From the NCBI GenBank assembly GCA_963668025.2, contig CAXXTH010000008.1, positions 98,383-162,382 of the forward strand: a DNA stretch of 64,000 bases. The letters run 5' to 3'. Of this stretch, positions 1-10,900 are shown in pieces. Source of the stretch: Candidatus Hydrogenedentota bacterium (GTDB lineage: Bacteria; Hydrogenedentota; Hydrogenedentia; Hydrogenedentales; SLHB01). Position numbers and translations under genes: made by a program. The notes under the pieces were generated by a model. That model was not told the DNA's origin, ran no database searches, and saw only the letters and a program-made list of their open reading frames with translations. How positions within the stretch are numbered: position 1 is the stretch's first letter; every line of letters begins with the position of its first letter.

Positions 1-441
1 AAACCATTGAATGCCCCATTGGCCCGCTTCATTGCGATGCAACGCAATAGCGCCACCCTTTTGAAATAATACCAGTTCACGGCCTTCATCGCCAACCAAG
101 AGCAGCGAAGCCAGCCGGGAAAGATGGGGGAGATGCCCCACGATCACCAAATCCGCCTCGCGGGCGCGCAATTCATGCGCCATATGGTCGGCTGGATCCT
201 TGGGCTCGAGGCCAGGCCGCAAACAACACTGCCCTCGGGGCGCCATAGCGGGGAGCAACAGCTCAGCCGTTTGCAGACTGCGGGCTTTGCTGCTATGCCA
301 TATCTCTGGCACGCTTAACGCAAAACGAGAAAGAATGTTCGCCATGGCCGCCACATCGCGCATGCCGCACGGCGTGAGAGGGCGTTCAGAATTTTCACTC
401 TTCTCATACGCCTCTCCATGCTGGACCAGATAGAGGTTCAT
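1..441 (-). CDS. sixA: Phosphohistidine phosphatase SixA (3' end runs off the window)
   Basis: Not in the ORF track. Manual translation from ATG 441 gives MNLYLVQHGEAYEKSENSERPLTPCG...IWHSSKARSLQTAELL...VIVGHLPHLSRLASLLL (histidine phosphatase motifs). GGGAGG RBS upstream. Confidence 0.85.
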   Translation of the reverse strand, partial: MNLYLVQHGEAYEKSENSERPLTPCGMRDVAAMANILSRFALSVPEIWHSSKARSLQTAELLLPAMAPRGQCCLRPGLEPKDPADHMAHELRAREADLVIVGHLPHLSRLASLLLVGDEGRELVLFQKGGAIALHRNEAGQWGIQWF

Positions 442-458
442 GAAGACATCCTCCCAGG

Positions 459-818
459 TTATGCAACGGTTTCACCGAGAATCCCGAACTGGACCAGCGC
501 TTCCGCAAGCCTATCCGCGTGAATGCCATAATGAGACGTGTTCCATATCGCGACGCCGTCTCGAACCAATACGATTTGAGGAGATTGATGGGGCACTCCC
601 AAACACATGGCGATCTCAGTGGATACCTGGCGCTCTTCAATAACTCTTACCATGTATACCTCTGGATGCCCGCTGGCGCCAGCGTCAAACTGAGAAACCC
701 GCTGGAAAGCGTCAGCCGATATAGGGCACTTCGTGCTGTGTTTGAATATAAGCACCGCCGATTCAAACGACTGCTCGATGCATGCCCGCAATTCCTCAAC
801 GCTTGATAATGTCTTCAT
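459..818 (-). CDS. ytxJ: YtxJ/DUF2847 family thioredoxin-like (bacillithiol-system) redox protein
   Basis: FKHSTKCPIS and GVPHQSPQ motifs. Start moved to ATG 818 (GGAGG RBS). Confidence 0.85.
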   Translation of the reverse strand: MKTLSSVEELRACIEQSFESAVLIFKHSTKCPISADAFQRVSQFDAGASGHPEVYMVRVIEERQVSTEIAMCLGVPHQSPQIVLVRDGVAIWNTSHYGIHADRLAEALVQFGILGETVA

Positions 819-873
819 GGAGACGCCTCCCGTAATGCTGAAAAAAGTCTCCAGCAACTATTTGCCTGCGGTT

Positions 874-902
874 ATGATAGAGACGCTTCATTGGCGGGTC
901 AA
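874..902 (-). promoter_or_regulatory. Predicted sigma70 promoter for ytxJ-sixA
   Basis: TTGACC-17 bp-TATCAT on the minus strand. Confidence 0.55.
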
Positions 903-1011
903 GCATCTATTTAAAATGATGAAAAATCGAGCTTTGCCCAATAAGTCCATTATTATCTGGCGCCATTCAAATGGTAGAGAATATGATCTTCAAGTTGCGT
1001 GTTTTCACGTA

Positions 1012-1040
1012 TTGACAGGCCTAAAAACAGGCTCTAGACT
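1012..1040 (+). promoter_or_regulatory. Predicted sigma70 promoter for the DJ-1 gene
   Basis: TTGACA-17 bp-TAGACT. Confidence 0.6.
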
Positions 1041-1107
1041 AAGCATTGCCCGGCCGTAGGCAGCCAGCGGCGGCATATAGCGGTTATAGAAGGAGGGACA
1101 GCTTTCC

Positions 1108-1659
1108 ATGAAACGTGTTCTAGTGCCTTTGGCGGAAGGATGTGAAGAACTCGAAGCGGTCACGATCATCGACCTGTTGCGGCGTGCGGAATTTGAAGTG
1201 GTGTCGGCCAGTTTGGATGGGCGCGCCGTGAAAGCATCGCGTGGGGTGGTGCTGGTTCCAGATAAATCCCTCGATGAAGCGCTCCAGATGGACTATGATA
1301 TGGTGGCGCTGCCGGGCGGCATGCCCGGAGCTGTAAATCTGGATAATGATGCGCGCATTCATGCGGTGCTGAAAAAGACGGCCGGGAGCGGCAAATTCGT
1401 AGCGGCCATCTGCGCGGCGCCCACGGTGCTCGCCCATGCGGGCCTCCTGAATGGCAAAAAAGCCACCAGTTACCCAGGATTTCTCGACAAAATGAATTTG
1501 CCCGAAGTAACGTTCACAGGCTCGCCCGTCGAACGTGATGGGCAGGTTATAACATCCCGGGGGCCCGGTACGGCCATGGATTTTGCCCTCGAATTGATTG
1601 AGGCGTTGGAAGGCCTAGAACGGCGCAAAAAAGTAGAGAATGCGCTATTCCGTCCATAA
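1108..1659 (+). CDS. DJ-1/PfpI (YajL/ThiJ) family protein
   Basis: GCEELEA, LPGGMPGA, AAICAAP (nucleophile Cys) and ITSRGPGTA motifs. AGGAGG RBS. Confidence 0.92.
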   Translation: MKRVLVPLAEGCEELEAVTIIDLLRRAEFEVVSASLDGRAVKASRGVVLVPDKSLDEALQMDYDMVALPGGMPGAVNLDNDARIHAVLKKTAGSGKFVAAICAAPTVLAHAGLLNGKKATSYPGFLDKMNLPEVTFTGSPVERDGQVITSRGPGTAMDFALELIEALEGLERRKKVENALFRP

Positions 1660-1713
1660 TGGACATGCGGCTCTAACCAAATGTGCTCTGCACAAAAAAA
1701 CAGGGGAAATGCA

Positions 1714-2580
1714 GTGTTCTTCTCAGGCATTGCGGATGAAGCCGGGCACGCTATCGAGCGGCAAATACAAGCGCATAAAGAGCTAGGCTGGAAGCACATC
1801 GAGCTTAGGCTCGTGGATGGCGAAAACCTCACCGCTATTCCGCAAGCCCGGTTTGAATACGTGTGCGAAAAATTAGCGGAAGCCCGCATCGAGGTGTCTT
1901 GCTTCAGTTCGGCCATCGCCAATTGGGCGCGGCCCATCACAGGAGATGCCAATATCGACATCCAAGACCTCAAACAGGCTATCCCGCGTATGAAACGCCT
2001 GGGAACGCCCTATATCCGGGTGATGAGCTATCCAAACGATCCTCAATCTCCATTGACGGAAAAAGAATGGCGCGCCGAGGCTATCCGGCGCATGAAAACA
2101 CTGGCTCGAATCGCGGAAGATGGGGGGGTGGTCCTGGCTCATGAGAATTGCAGCGGCTGGGGCGGTTTGTCTGGCGGGAATGCCAATATCTTGCTGGGGG
2201 AAGTGAATAGCTCCGCCCTGAAAGTGCTCTACGATACGGGAAATCCCGTCAGTTATGGGCAGGACTCCTGGGCGCATTACCAGGCGGTCCTCAAAGATAT
2301 CGTGTATGTTCACATCAAAGACGCGAAGAAAGAAAACAACACGAGCGTCTATACCTATTGTGGAGAAGGCGAAGGCCGTGTGCGCGATATTGTGCGCGAT
2401 CTCTTGTCGCATGGGTACGATGGCGGATTTTCCATCGAGCCCCACGTAGCGGCGGTCATCCATACAAAACAGGATGATGACAACGACGCCCATCTATACA
2501 ACACTTATATCGAGTATGGCCGCCGCTTCATAACCATGATGAAAGAAATCCAAAGCGAAACCGGTCTTCCGCCCGCCTGA
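1714..2580 (+). CDS. Sugar phosphate isomerase/epimerase (xylose-isomerase-like TIM barrel)
   Basis: FSGIADEA, LAHEN, YDTGN, VHIKD and FSIEPH motifs. GTG 1714 preferred (ATG 1681 possible). Confidence 0.85.
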   Translation: MFFSGIADEAGHAIERQIQAHKELGWKHIELRLVDGENLTAIPQARFEYVCEKLAEARIEVSCFSSAIANWARPITGDANIDIQDLKQAIPRMKRLGTPYIRVMSYPNDPQSPLTEKEWRAEAIRRMKTLARIAEDGGVVLAHENCSGWGGLSGGNANILLGEVNSSALKVLYDTGNPVSYGQDSWAHYQAVLKDIVYVHIKDAKKENNTSVYTYCGEGEGRVRDIVRDLLSHGYDGGFSIEPHVAAVIHTKQDDDNDAHLYNTYIEYGRRFITMMKEIQSETGLPPA

Positions 2581-2965
2581 ATAGGTTGCCTGAAAAGAAA
2601 AGGCCTTTTTGCTACAATCGGAAGGCGCTTTTCTCCCTGAAAGCCGGTAAGTTATTAGTTTGAAACAGGTTGGGCGATGCAGCGCCGCATAGAAGTGTAG
2701 CGCCTGATTCTCAAATCTACTCTTCTCATGATGCAGCAGGAGATGGCAACCCATTTTTTCAGTGTTTCATAATCCGTGCAGCAAAACATCGCCCTTGATT
2801 CCCTAGGTGCGATATGTGCAAAATACGGCAGATGTGAACTCTTGTAGAAGGTGTGTTTTATATTTCGCTCCGAGGCCGTGCTTTGCAAATTGGGGATAGT
2901 GAAGCAATGCCTTCGGCAAGCGGTTAAAGATAACATGCGAGGGGAACCTCGTTGAGGGTGGCCTT

Positions 2966-3742
2966 TTGAGATATGCTTTTATTTCCGACCTTCACGCTAA
3001 TCTGGAGGCCCTGGAGGCCGTTCTGAGCGCGATTGACGAATCAAGCATCGATCAGGCTGTATGTCTGGGCGATGTGGTCGGATACAATGCCAATCCCAAT
3101 GAATGCATTGCATTCATACGCGAGCGCAATATCCCTACCATCTGCGGCAATCACGACGCCGTGGCCTGTGGACTTGAAGAGCCATGGGGCTTTAACCCGA
3201 TTGCCTTGGCCGCGGCGCTATGGACACGGGACCACCTAGAACCCGATAATATACAGTGGCTCAAAAAACTGCCGGTTAATCTTTCTTTCGAGCATTTTCT
3301 TGCGGCCCATGGCTCTCCCACGGATCGCGATTGTTATATATTCAATTGGGAAGACGTGCTTCCGCATTTTCCTTATGTGGCGGAACAGAATCGCACCTTA
3401 TGCTTCTTTGGCCATACCCACTGCCCCGGGATTTTCTCTTCCGATGGCATGTACGCGGTGGATGCGCATTCACGGTTTCTGTTTTGTCCAGAAACAGCAA
3501 GCCGCGAGGAAAAACAGGCCGTCTTCCATCTGGAAACAGGCCGGAAAATCTTCTTCATTAATTCAGGTTCAGTAGGCCAGCCAAGAGATGGGGATCCGCG
3601 CGCGGCGTTTGGCATTCTAGATACTGAGGCTTGTTCATATGAACTGGTGCGCGTGTCTTATCCCATACAACAAGCGGCGGAACGGATTATTGCGGCGGGT
3701 TTGCCGAGTTTCCTCGCCGAACGGCTTTTCCTCGGCAGATGA
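2966..3742 (+). CDS. Calcineurin-like metallophosphoesterase
   Basis: SDLHAN, LGDVVGY, GNHD, AHGSP, FGHTH and GSVGQPRDGDPRAA motifs. Confidence 0.92.
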   Translation: MRYAFISDLHANLEALEAVLSAIDESSIDQAVCLGDVVGYNANPNECIAFIRERNIPTICGNHDAVACGLEEPWGFNPIALAAALWTRDHLEPDNIQWLKKLPVNLSFEHFLAAHGSPTDRDCYIFNWEDVLPHFPYVAEQNRTLCFFGHTHCPGIFSSDGMYAVDAHSRFLFCPETASREEKQAVFHLETGRKIFFINSGSVGQPRDGDPRAAFGILDTEACSYELVRVSYPIQQAAERIIAAGLPSFLAERLFLGR

Positions 3743-3875
3743 TATAGGAAGCTCATCCCGCACGGCCAGCAGCATGCAATTATCCAATGCCTCCGTTTTG
3801 ATGTTCATAGCCAGTATTTTGTTTGTGTAGTAATAGAGAGTAGTAATTGTAGTCTGTTTATGTGGAGGGCGCGCC

Positions 3876-4466
3876 ATGCGCACCAGTCAAATACGGCGTG
3901 ACACCGCCGAAACCCAGATCATGGTTTCGATAAACCTAGATGGAGCCGGAAAAGCCGATGTGGATACGGGCATTGGCTTCTTCGATCATATGCTCAGCCA
4001 AATCGCCCGGCATGGCCTTTTCGATATCACCGTAAAAGCCGCCGGTGATCTCCATATCGATGCGCACCATACCGTGGAAGATGTCGGAATTGTGCTGGGG
4101 AAAGCATTTCTAGAGGCCTTGGGCGGCTGCCAGGGCATTACGCGTTACGGCCATGCTGTAATTCCCATGGACGAAGTGCTCGCTGAAGTGGCGGTGGATT
4201 TTAGCGGACGTCCCTGCCTCGTGTTCCAGGCCGAATTAGGGCATGGCGTTTTAAATGGCTTTGATGCGGAGCTGGCCGAAGAATTCTTTCGAGCTTTCGC
4301 GGTGAACGCCCGCGGCACGGTGCATGTTATCTTGCGATATGGCGGCAATCTACACCATTGCATCGAAGGGCTCTTCAAAGCCTTCGCGCGGGCCTTGGAT
4401 GCGGCTTCACGTATTGACCCGCGCATTTCCGGAGTGCTATCAACAAAAGGCATGCTCGAAATTTGA
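3876..4466 (+). CDS. hisB: Imidazoleglycerol-phosphate dehydratase
   Basis: TGIGFFDHML, DAHHTVEDVG, NLHHCIEGLFKA and STKG motifs. Confidence 0.97.
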   Translation: MRTSQIRRDTAETQIMVSINLDGAGKADVDTGIGFFDHMLSQIARHGLFDITVKAAGDLHIDAHHTVEDVGIVLGKAFLEALGGCQGITRYGHAVIPMDEVLAEVAVDFSGRPCLVFQAELGHGVLNGFDAELAEEFFRAFAVNARGTVHVILRYGGNLHHCIEGLFKAFARALDAASRIDPRISGVLSTKGMLEI

Positions 4467-4494
4467 CAACCAACAACAGGACCAAATCCCAACA

Positions 4495-5367
4495 ATGACT
4501 GATATAGCATTAGTGGAAGATGTTGTAGAACGAATTGGTGAACTCCCCGTGATGTCCGCGGTAGTGGGCGAGTTTGTCATGCGAGCCGATGATCCATCCA
4601 CTACTATGGATGAGCTTGTGCATGTGATCGAGCGGGATCCGGTCCTTGCCGCCAAAGTGCTGCGTGTGAGCAATTCCCCCTATTACGGGATGCGCCAGCA
4701 TGTCGGAACGCTCAAACTGGCTCTAGTCATTCTGGGCAGCCGCGAAGTCCGGAATCTGGTCTTGGGCCTTTCCGTCACGGACATGGCCGGCATGGAGCAT
4801 ATAGACCCCATATTTGCAAAAGGCTACCGTTTGCATTCCTATCTAGTGGCCGCTCTTACGCGCAGGCTGGCCAATGAAGTAGCGGGAGTGGATGCTGGCG
4901 AAGCATTCGTCGGCGGCCTGCTGCATGACATCGGCAAAATCGTGCTCGCCCGGCGTTTTGGCGCGGAGTACGCCAAAATACATAACGATAACAAAGCCTT
5001 CTCGGAGCAGCTTTGCGCCGCGGAACGCAGCCAGTATGGCTTTTCCCATGCCGAAGTCTCAGCGGCGCTCTCGATTACATGGAGCTTTCCAGAATCCTTG
5101 TCAGACGCCTTATGGCTGCACCACTATGATCCAAAATTCAGCATGGAACAGGCAAAAAATCGCAAGCTGGCTGCGGTGGTCCGCGTCGCTAACTATTGCG
5201 CCCGCAATTCGGAGCCAAATGCCGCGAAGGATATTTGGGAAGAACCAGATATGGCAGCCGTTTGGCGTTGCCTAGGAATCCTTGAACCGGATGCCTGTCG
5301 AGCGCTTCTCCAAAGCATCCACGAAGAGATGATTGCTGAAGCAGAAACCCTTGCAGCTATCTTCTAG
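4495..5367 (+). CDS. HDOD domain-containing protein
   Basis: IERDPVLAAKVLRVSNSPYYG, GLLHDIGKIVL and W-x-FP motifs. Start moved to ATG 4495. Confidence 0.9.
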   Translation: MTDIALVEDVVERIGELPVMSAVVGEFVMRADDPSTTMDELVHVIERDPVLAAKVLRVSNSPYYGMRQHVGTLKLALVILGSREVRNLVLGLSVTDMAGMEHIDPIFAKGYRLHSYLVAALTRRLANEVAGVDAGEAFVGGLLHDIGKIVLARRFGAEYAKIHNDNKAFSEQLCAAERSQYGFSHAEVSAALSITWSFPESLSDALWLHHYDPKFSMEQAKNRKLAAVVRVANYCARNSEPNAAKDIWEEPDMAAVWRCLGILEPDACRALLQSIHEEMIAEAETLAAIF

Positions 5368-5408
5368 CATTGCAATAACCAAAACAACAATCAAGGTACG
5401 CGAATAGC

Positions 5409-5627
5409 ATGGCGAAGAAAGAAAAAATAGAAATCCGCAGGGACGAAAATCTGTCAGAAATCGACGCGGAGCTAGATGATGCATTAGTCAAGCTCGAAGC
5501 CGCCAATTTCCGGATTGGCGAATTGCTGGGTTCGATTGAACCAAAATCAGAGAATGCCTCGCCCCCCAGCTCCACGGAGCAGCCGGAAACCAGCGAGACC
5601 CCTTCCAGTTCCGAAGAGGCGGGTTAA
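5409..5627 (+). CDS. Small acidic hypothetical protein
   Basis: 72-aa ORF that fills the gap in a co-oriented run; helical acidic N-terminus. Confidence 0.55.
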   Translation: MAKKEKIEIRRDENLSEIDAELDDALVKLEAANFRIGELLGSIEPKSENASPPSSTEQPETSETPSSSEEAG

Positions 5628-5690
5628 AAGCGTGTTAAAACTAAAATGGAGCGGCCGCCATGGGCGAGGGGAAATGGGGCTTCTTGTCTA

Positions 5691-6848
5691 ATGAAGATTG
5701 TGCTTAGCGATCCGCATTCCTGTGGCGGCGGCCAGGTGCGGTATGTCGCGAATCTGGCGAGTGAGCTGGTGCGCCGGGGGCATGGCGCCGCCATCGCCTG
5801 CCGCCCTGACAGCGTCCTCATTCAAACTGCCAGCCAGGCAGGCGCAGCCTTATGCGGCCCCATGCATTTCCCTCGCGGATTGCGGTTGGCGCGTTGGTGC
5901 GCGGACTTGCGGAGCGCCTTGCGGTACATTCAACAAGAGAAACCTTCCATTATTCATGTGAGCGGTTCGCAAGATCATTGGCTTTTTTCCCTCGCCAATA
6001 TGTTGGCGGGCTTTCCCGCATGCGTCATACGCACCCGCCACAACACCTATCCCGTCCGGAATACCTTCATGAACCGCTTGCTTAACCAGCGCTGGACGGA
6101 TTTTCAAATCGTCGTATGTGAAGAAGTCCGCGCGGAGCTTGCACGCCAGCCAGCTTTTGATCCTCAGCGCATGTCCGTTATTCATAACGGAGTGGATGCC
6201 GAGGCTTTCAAGCCCGATCCCGATATGCGAAAGGAAGCGCGCGCTGAATTTGGTTACGCCCCCGGTGACTTCGTGTGCGGCATAGCCGCGCGGTTGGTAA
6301 AGGCAAAAGGGCACGCCTACTTGTTTCGCGCCGTTCAACAACTGCTCCATACAATGCCCCAGTTGCGCATACTCGCATTAGGAACCGGCGTACTAGAGCA
6401 TCAATTGCGTTCCTTGGTGGATGAACTTGGCATCACGGCCTGCGTGCATTTTGCCGGATTCCGTGATGACATGGCCCGATGCGTTCACGCCTTTGACATT
6501 GGCGTACAACCCTCGATAGACTGCGATACTTCCTCATTTAGCCTCAAGGAGCAAATGGCGGCAGGCATTCCCGTGGTGGCTTCAAACTACGGAGGCCTTC
6601 CAGAGATCATTCAAGACGGTGTGGAAGGCTATATCATTCCCGCTGGTTCCGTCGAGCCTCTAGCGGACGCCATCGCACGGCTCGCGTCCGCTCCCGGTTC
6701 GATGGCGCGCATGGGGGAGGCGGGAAGGCTCCGGGTATTGCGTGAATTCACCATCGATAGTTTCGCGTCGAAGACCATCGCGGCATATGAACGCGCCCTG
6801 GCCATTCACCAGGAGCGGCGGCCTTCGGGCTCCAGGAAAGTACAGTGA
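5691..6848 (+). CDS. Glycosyltransferase family 4
   Basis: GGGQ, IHNGVD, ARLVKAKGH and GIPVVASNYGGLPEII motifs. Confidence 0.9.
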   Translation: MKIVLSDPHSCGGGQVRYVANLASELVRRGHGAAIACRPDSVLIQTASQAGAALCGPMHFPRGLRLARWCADLRSALRYIQQEKPSIIHVSGSQDHWLFSLANMLAGFPACVIRTRHNTYPVRNTFMNRLLNQRWTDFQIVVCEEVRAELARQPAFDPQRMSVIHNGVDAEAFKPDPDMRKEARAEFGYAPGDFVCGIAARLVKAKGHAYLFRAVQQLLHTMPQLRILALGTGVLEHQLRSLVDELGITACVHFAGFRDDMARCVHAFDIGVQPSIDCDTSSFSLKEQMAAGIPVVASNYGGLPEIIQDGVEGYIIPAGSVEPLADAIARLASAPGSMARMGEAGRLRVLREFTIDSFASKTIAAYERALAIHQERRPSGSRKVQ

Positions 6849-7942
6849 TATCTCTGCATATCGATGAGCAGTCAGGCTGGCGCGGCGGCGAGCAACAAGC
6901 CAGCTATCTCGTCCATGGCCTCGCCGCTCGCGGGCATACCGTCCTTATCGCTGGCAGGCCCGGCAGCCCCTTTATGACACATCAACATGAAGCGCCCGGC
7001 CTTATCCGGATCAAAGCCCCATTTTTAGGCGAGTTCGATGCGTATACCATATGGAAGCTCGCCCGCGCCATTCGCCGTTATAATGTCGATATCATCCACG
7101 GCCATACAGGACATGCCCATTTTTACGCCAGCATGGCAAGATTGTTGGCGCGCAAAGGCTTGGTGATCGCATCGCGCCGGGTGGATTTTGTTCCATCGCA
7201 AAACTATATCACGCGCTGGAAATATGCCCAGCCAGACCATTTCATCGCAGTCTCAGACTGTGTCGCCCAGGTTCTGTTAGCGTATGGAATCGAGCCTTCC
7301 CGGGTCACGGTGGTGCATAGCGCACAAGATGCCGTACGGCTCGACACGCCGCCTGTTAGCCGGGAATCCATAGGCGTTCCAGAACATGCGCCCCTCCTGG
7401 TATGTGTGGCCGCTCTCGTGGGGCACAAAGACCATAAAACACTGATATCCGCTATGCCTGTGTTGTTGCGGGCTTTTCCTGATGCACACCTGGCGCTGGT
7501 TGGCGAGGGTGGTTTGCGTCCGGAGATTGAAGCGCAAATCGCCGCACTAGGCCTGGCTTCCCACGTGACATTGCTGGGCTATCGCGAGGATGTTATTTCT
7601 ATCATGCGTGCGGCGGATGTTTTCGTGTTGCCCAGCAAAATGGAAGGGCTGGGCAGCGCCATCATTGAAGCCATGATGTGCCGGATTCCCGTGGTGGCTT
7701 GCGCTTCCGGCGGGATCCCCGAAACCGTCATGCATGAAACCACCGGGCTGCTCGCTCCACCGGAACAGCCCCAGGCATTGGCCGAAACCTTAATCCGCCT
7801 GCTCACCGACCACGCCTTGGCCGGACAGCTTGTCTGCCAGGCCTATGATTTTGTCACTCAGCAGCGTAGCGCTGACGCCATGGTAGAGAACACCCTGCGG
7901 GTGTATGAGCGCCTGCTGGGCGTTTCCATGCCTTCTCAATAA
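6845..7942 (+). CDS. Glycosyltransferase family 4
   Basis: WRGGEQQ, HKDH and PSKMEGLGSAIIEAM motifs. GTGA start/stop overlap with the upstream GT. Confidence 0.92.
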   Translation: MISLHIDEQSGWRGGEQQASYLVHGLAARGHTVLIAGRPGSPFMTHQHEAPGLIRIKAPFLGEFDAYTIWKLARAIRRYNVDIIHGHTGHAHFYASMARLLARKGLVIASRRVDFVPSQNYITRWKYAQPDHFIAVSDCVAQVLLAYGIEPSRVTVVHSAQDAVRLDTPPVSRESIGVPEHAPLLVCVAALVGHKDHKTLISAMPVLLRAFPDAHLALVGEGGLRPEIEAQIAALGLASHVTLLGYREDVISIMRAADVFVLPSKMEGLGSAIIEAMMCRIPVVACASGGIPETVMHETTGLLAPPEQPQALAETLIRLLTDHALAGQLVCQAYDFVTQQRSADAMVENTLRVYERLLGVSMPSQ

Positions 7943-7984
7943 ACAAGGTGTGGAACCCGCGCCCTCGCCGGCCATCCGTTGCCC

Positions 7985-10900
7985 CTACCAATAAATGTAC
8001 TTCAAGAAGGTCGAGCGGCTGGCGGCGTCTAACGCCTCGAGATCCTCGATCTCATACCGGTTGTTATCCACATCGACGATAATATGCCCATTTACGGGGC
8101 CTTCAATGACCGAGTTCGTTTCAAAGCGGCGCGTCAGGAACTCCATTACCCCCTTGTCCGTCTCGACATTCCAGATAAGGAATCCCATCTCTTCCTTGAT
8201 ATCGTCGATTTTCTTGATATAGTGGATAAAGTAGCGCTTGCTCAGTTCATGCTCGACCGCCATACGCGAACTAGGCAGCAGCTCCTTCAACCGGCGGATC
8301 ATCCCCACTTCCTTATGCTCGAGGGCGGAGTCACCCGTCCATAGAGCGACAAACTCGCTCGGCCGTGTGATGGGGAAGCACCGGTATGCGCGCACATTTT
8401 CATAGACATCTTTATGGTATTCGACGCGCATGCCGCCTTCATCCTTCGAATAAATGCGCATCTCTTTCGGATCAAAATAGCGGATTTTCGGCGCCTCGAG
8501 CCGGCGGCGCTGATCACGTTTAGTCTTTACGCCTCTCCGTTCCTTTTCTACCCGGTTGATCTCCTGGATGGCTTGTAATCCATCGACGGATTCCACATCA
8601 CTCGTAAGCTGGGTCTGAATCTCCACCAGCCGTTTATAAATGCCATCTTGCAGAAGCAATTCCTCGTGGGTGCCCTGTTCTCGAATCGTTCCCTCCTCGA
8701 AAACGATGTTGCGGTCGCAGTTGCGCAAGGTCGACAACCGGTGGGCAATGGCCACCGTCGTGCGGCCCACGCTCAGCGCCTCGAGGGCGTTCTGAATCTC
8801 ACGTTCCGAGATGGTGTCCACGCTCGAGGTGGCCTCATCGAGAATCAACACTCGAGGATTGTTCAACAATGCCCGCGCGATGGCCACCCGCTGGCGTTCG
8901 CCGCCCGACAAGCCTGAACCGCGTTCGCCCAGCATCGAATCATATCCATCATGGTTGCGCGTGATGAACATGTGGGCGTTGGCCGCCAATGCTGCGTTCA
9001 ATATCTGTTGCATCGCCACGCCCGGATTGCCGTATGCGATGTTTTCCGCTATGGTGCCCCGGAACAGGAAAGGATCCTGGGCCACCATGCCGATCTGCCG
9101 GCGCAGGCAATGCTTGCGGATCTTACGCACATCAATGTTATCGACGCTCACCTCGCCTTCGGTGGCTTCATAATAACGCATGATGAGATTAATAGTGGTG
9201 GATTTGCCACAGCCGCTATGGCCCACGATGCCCACCATCTCGCCCGGTTCTACACTAAAACTCACGTCGTGCAGCACCGGTATGTGGGGATCATATCCAA
9301 ACGAGACATTCTTAAAGCGGATGCCCCCCTGGATTTCAATATCCACCGCCTTGTCATCTTCAGTGACTTCCGGCTCTTCATCCATCACTTCAAACACACG
9401 GTGCGCCTGCGTGATGAACTGGGTGAACCACGTGGACATCTGCGTCAGCGAGTTGATGGGGCCGTAAAACCATCCTAAATACCCCAAAAACATGATCAGC
9501 GTGCCGGTGGTCAGGCCTCCCACTTGTTGGGTGAGCCAGTTTCCAAAGCGCGCATACCAGGGGCCAGAGCTTTGCGGCGCTTGCAGGCTGGCCTCTTCTC
9601 CGATAGGGGCAGGCGTGTCCTTTCCTGTAGCGGCTTTGGCTGCCGTGGCATCCAGGGCTTTTCCATCGACTGTCTGCTGGACGCTTACGCCCGGCGCAAC
9701 GCTGGTGTTATCTATTGGAGCCGAGTTAAAAGACATGGCCAGCACCGCCAGCCCGCCCAGCACCCAAATGAAATAACTGCCCAATTGGAATACCCAGCCC
9801 ATGGTCGGGTAAAACCACGCGTTGGCGTATCCTACATCCAGTCCCGCATTGCGGAACCGGCCGCTATACCCATCAAAGCGCTGTAATTCACGCGATTCCT
9901 GCGCGAACGCCTTCACCACCCGGACCCCGTTCAGCGCCCCATGCAGCATGTTGGATAGGCTCGACCGGGTCGTCCAGTACCGCCGCCATCTCGGGACGAT
10001 ATAGCGGTAGTAAAACACCGTGCATCCCGAAACAAAGGGCACTGGCAGTACGGCGATCAAGGTGAGCAACGGATTGATCATGAGCATATAGACCGTCACC
10101 ACCACCAGCATGATCAACTGATACCCGAAGCCCGCCGTAAGCTGGTTGATGAATCCCTGAAGCGCCTCGATGTCTTGCGTGCACCGGGTCATGAGCGTGC
10201 CCACCGGATGGGTGTCATGATATCGCACCGCCAAATCCTGCATCTTCGAGAAGACTTCCCGCCGTAGCTCGAAGCCCAAGCGGTTATTGATATACACCGC
10301 CATATGCTCGCGCAGCCAGGCAATCACCGCACCAATGGCCGTGGTGGCGGCCAATATGCCCACTACCAATAGCAGCCACCAGTCTTTATGATAATTCCCA
10401 TCGGACCGCAAGGTGTCGAAACCAAGATGAGACACCATCATGCGGAACCAGCCGTCAGGGGCGATATTACCCAACACATTATCCAGCAACACTTTCGTGA
10501 GCTGTTGGGGAACCAGCGTGATCAGGATATGTAACACCACCAAGACCATGGCCAGCACGGTAAAAAACCAATATTGTTTCGTGTGCTTGAGGAAGCGTAA
10601 AAGCACCGTGCCGCGTTTCAGGCATTTCGGGCATACGCGCATATACCGGTCCGGCAGGCGCACCCCGCAGATCTCGCACCGGTCGCTCGGACGCTTCTCC
10701 TCCGTCTCGCTCATCACCTGGCGGCCTTCGGCAAGCTGCTTCAGGCGGATCGCCACCTTCGCGAATTTATCGGCGTTCTTGTTCGAGAAACGTATCAATT
10801 CCTCGAAGACGCCTTGCATCTTGATTTCGATGAAGCCCGAACCCACCCGCGTATCCGTGCGGGCCGTCTCAATATCCGAAAACGGGATATCTTTCAGCAG

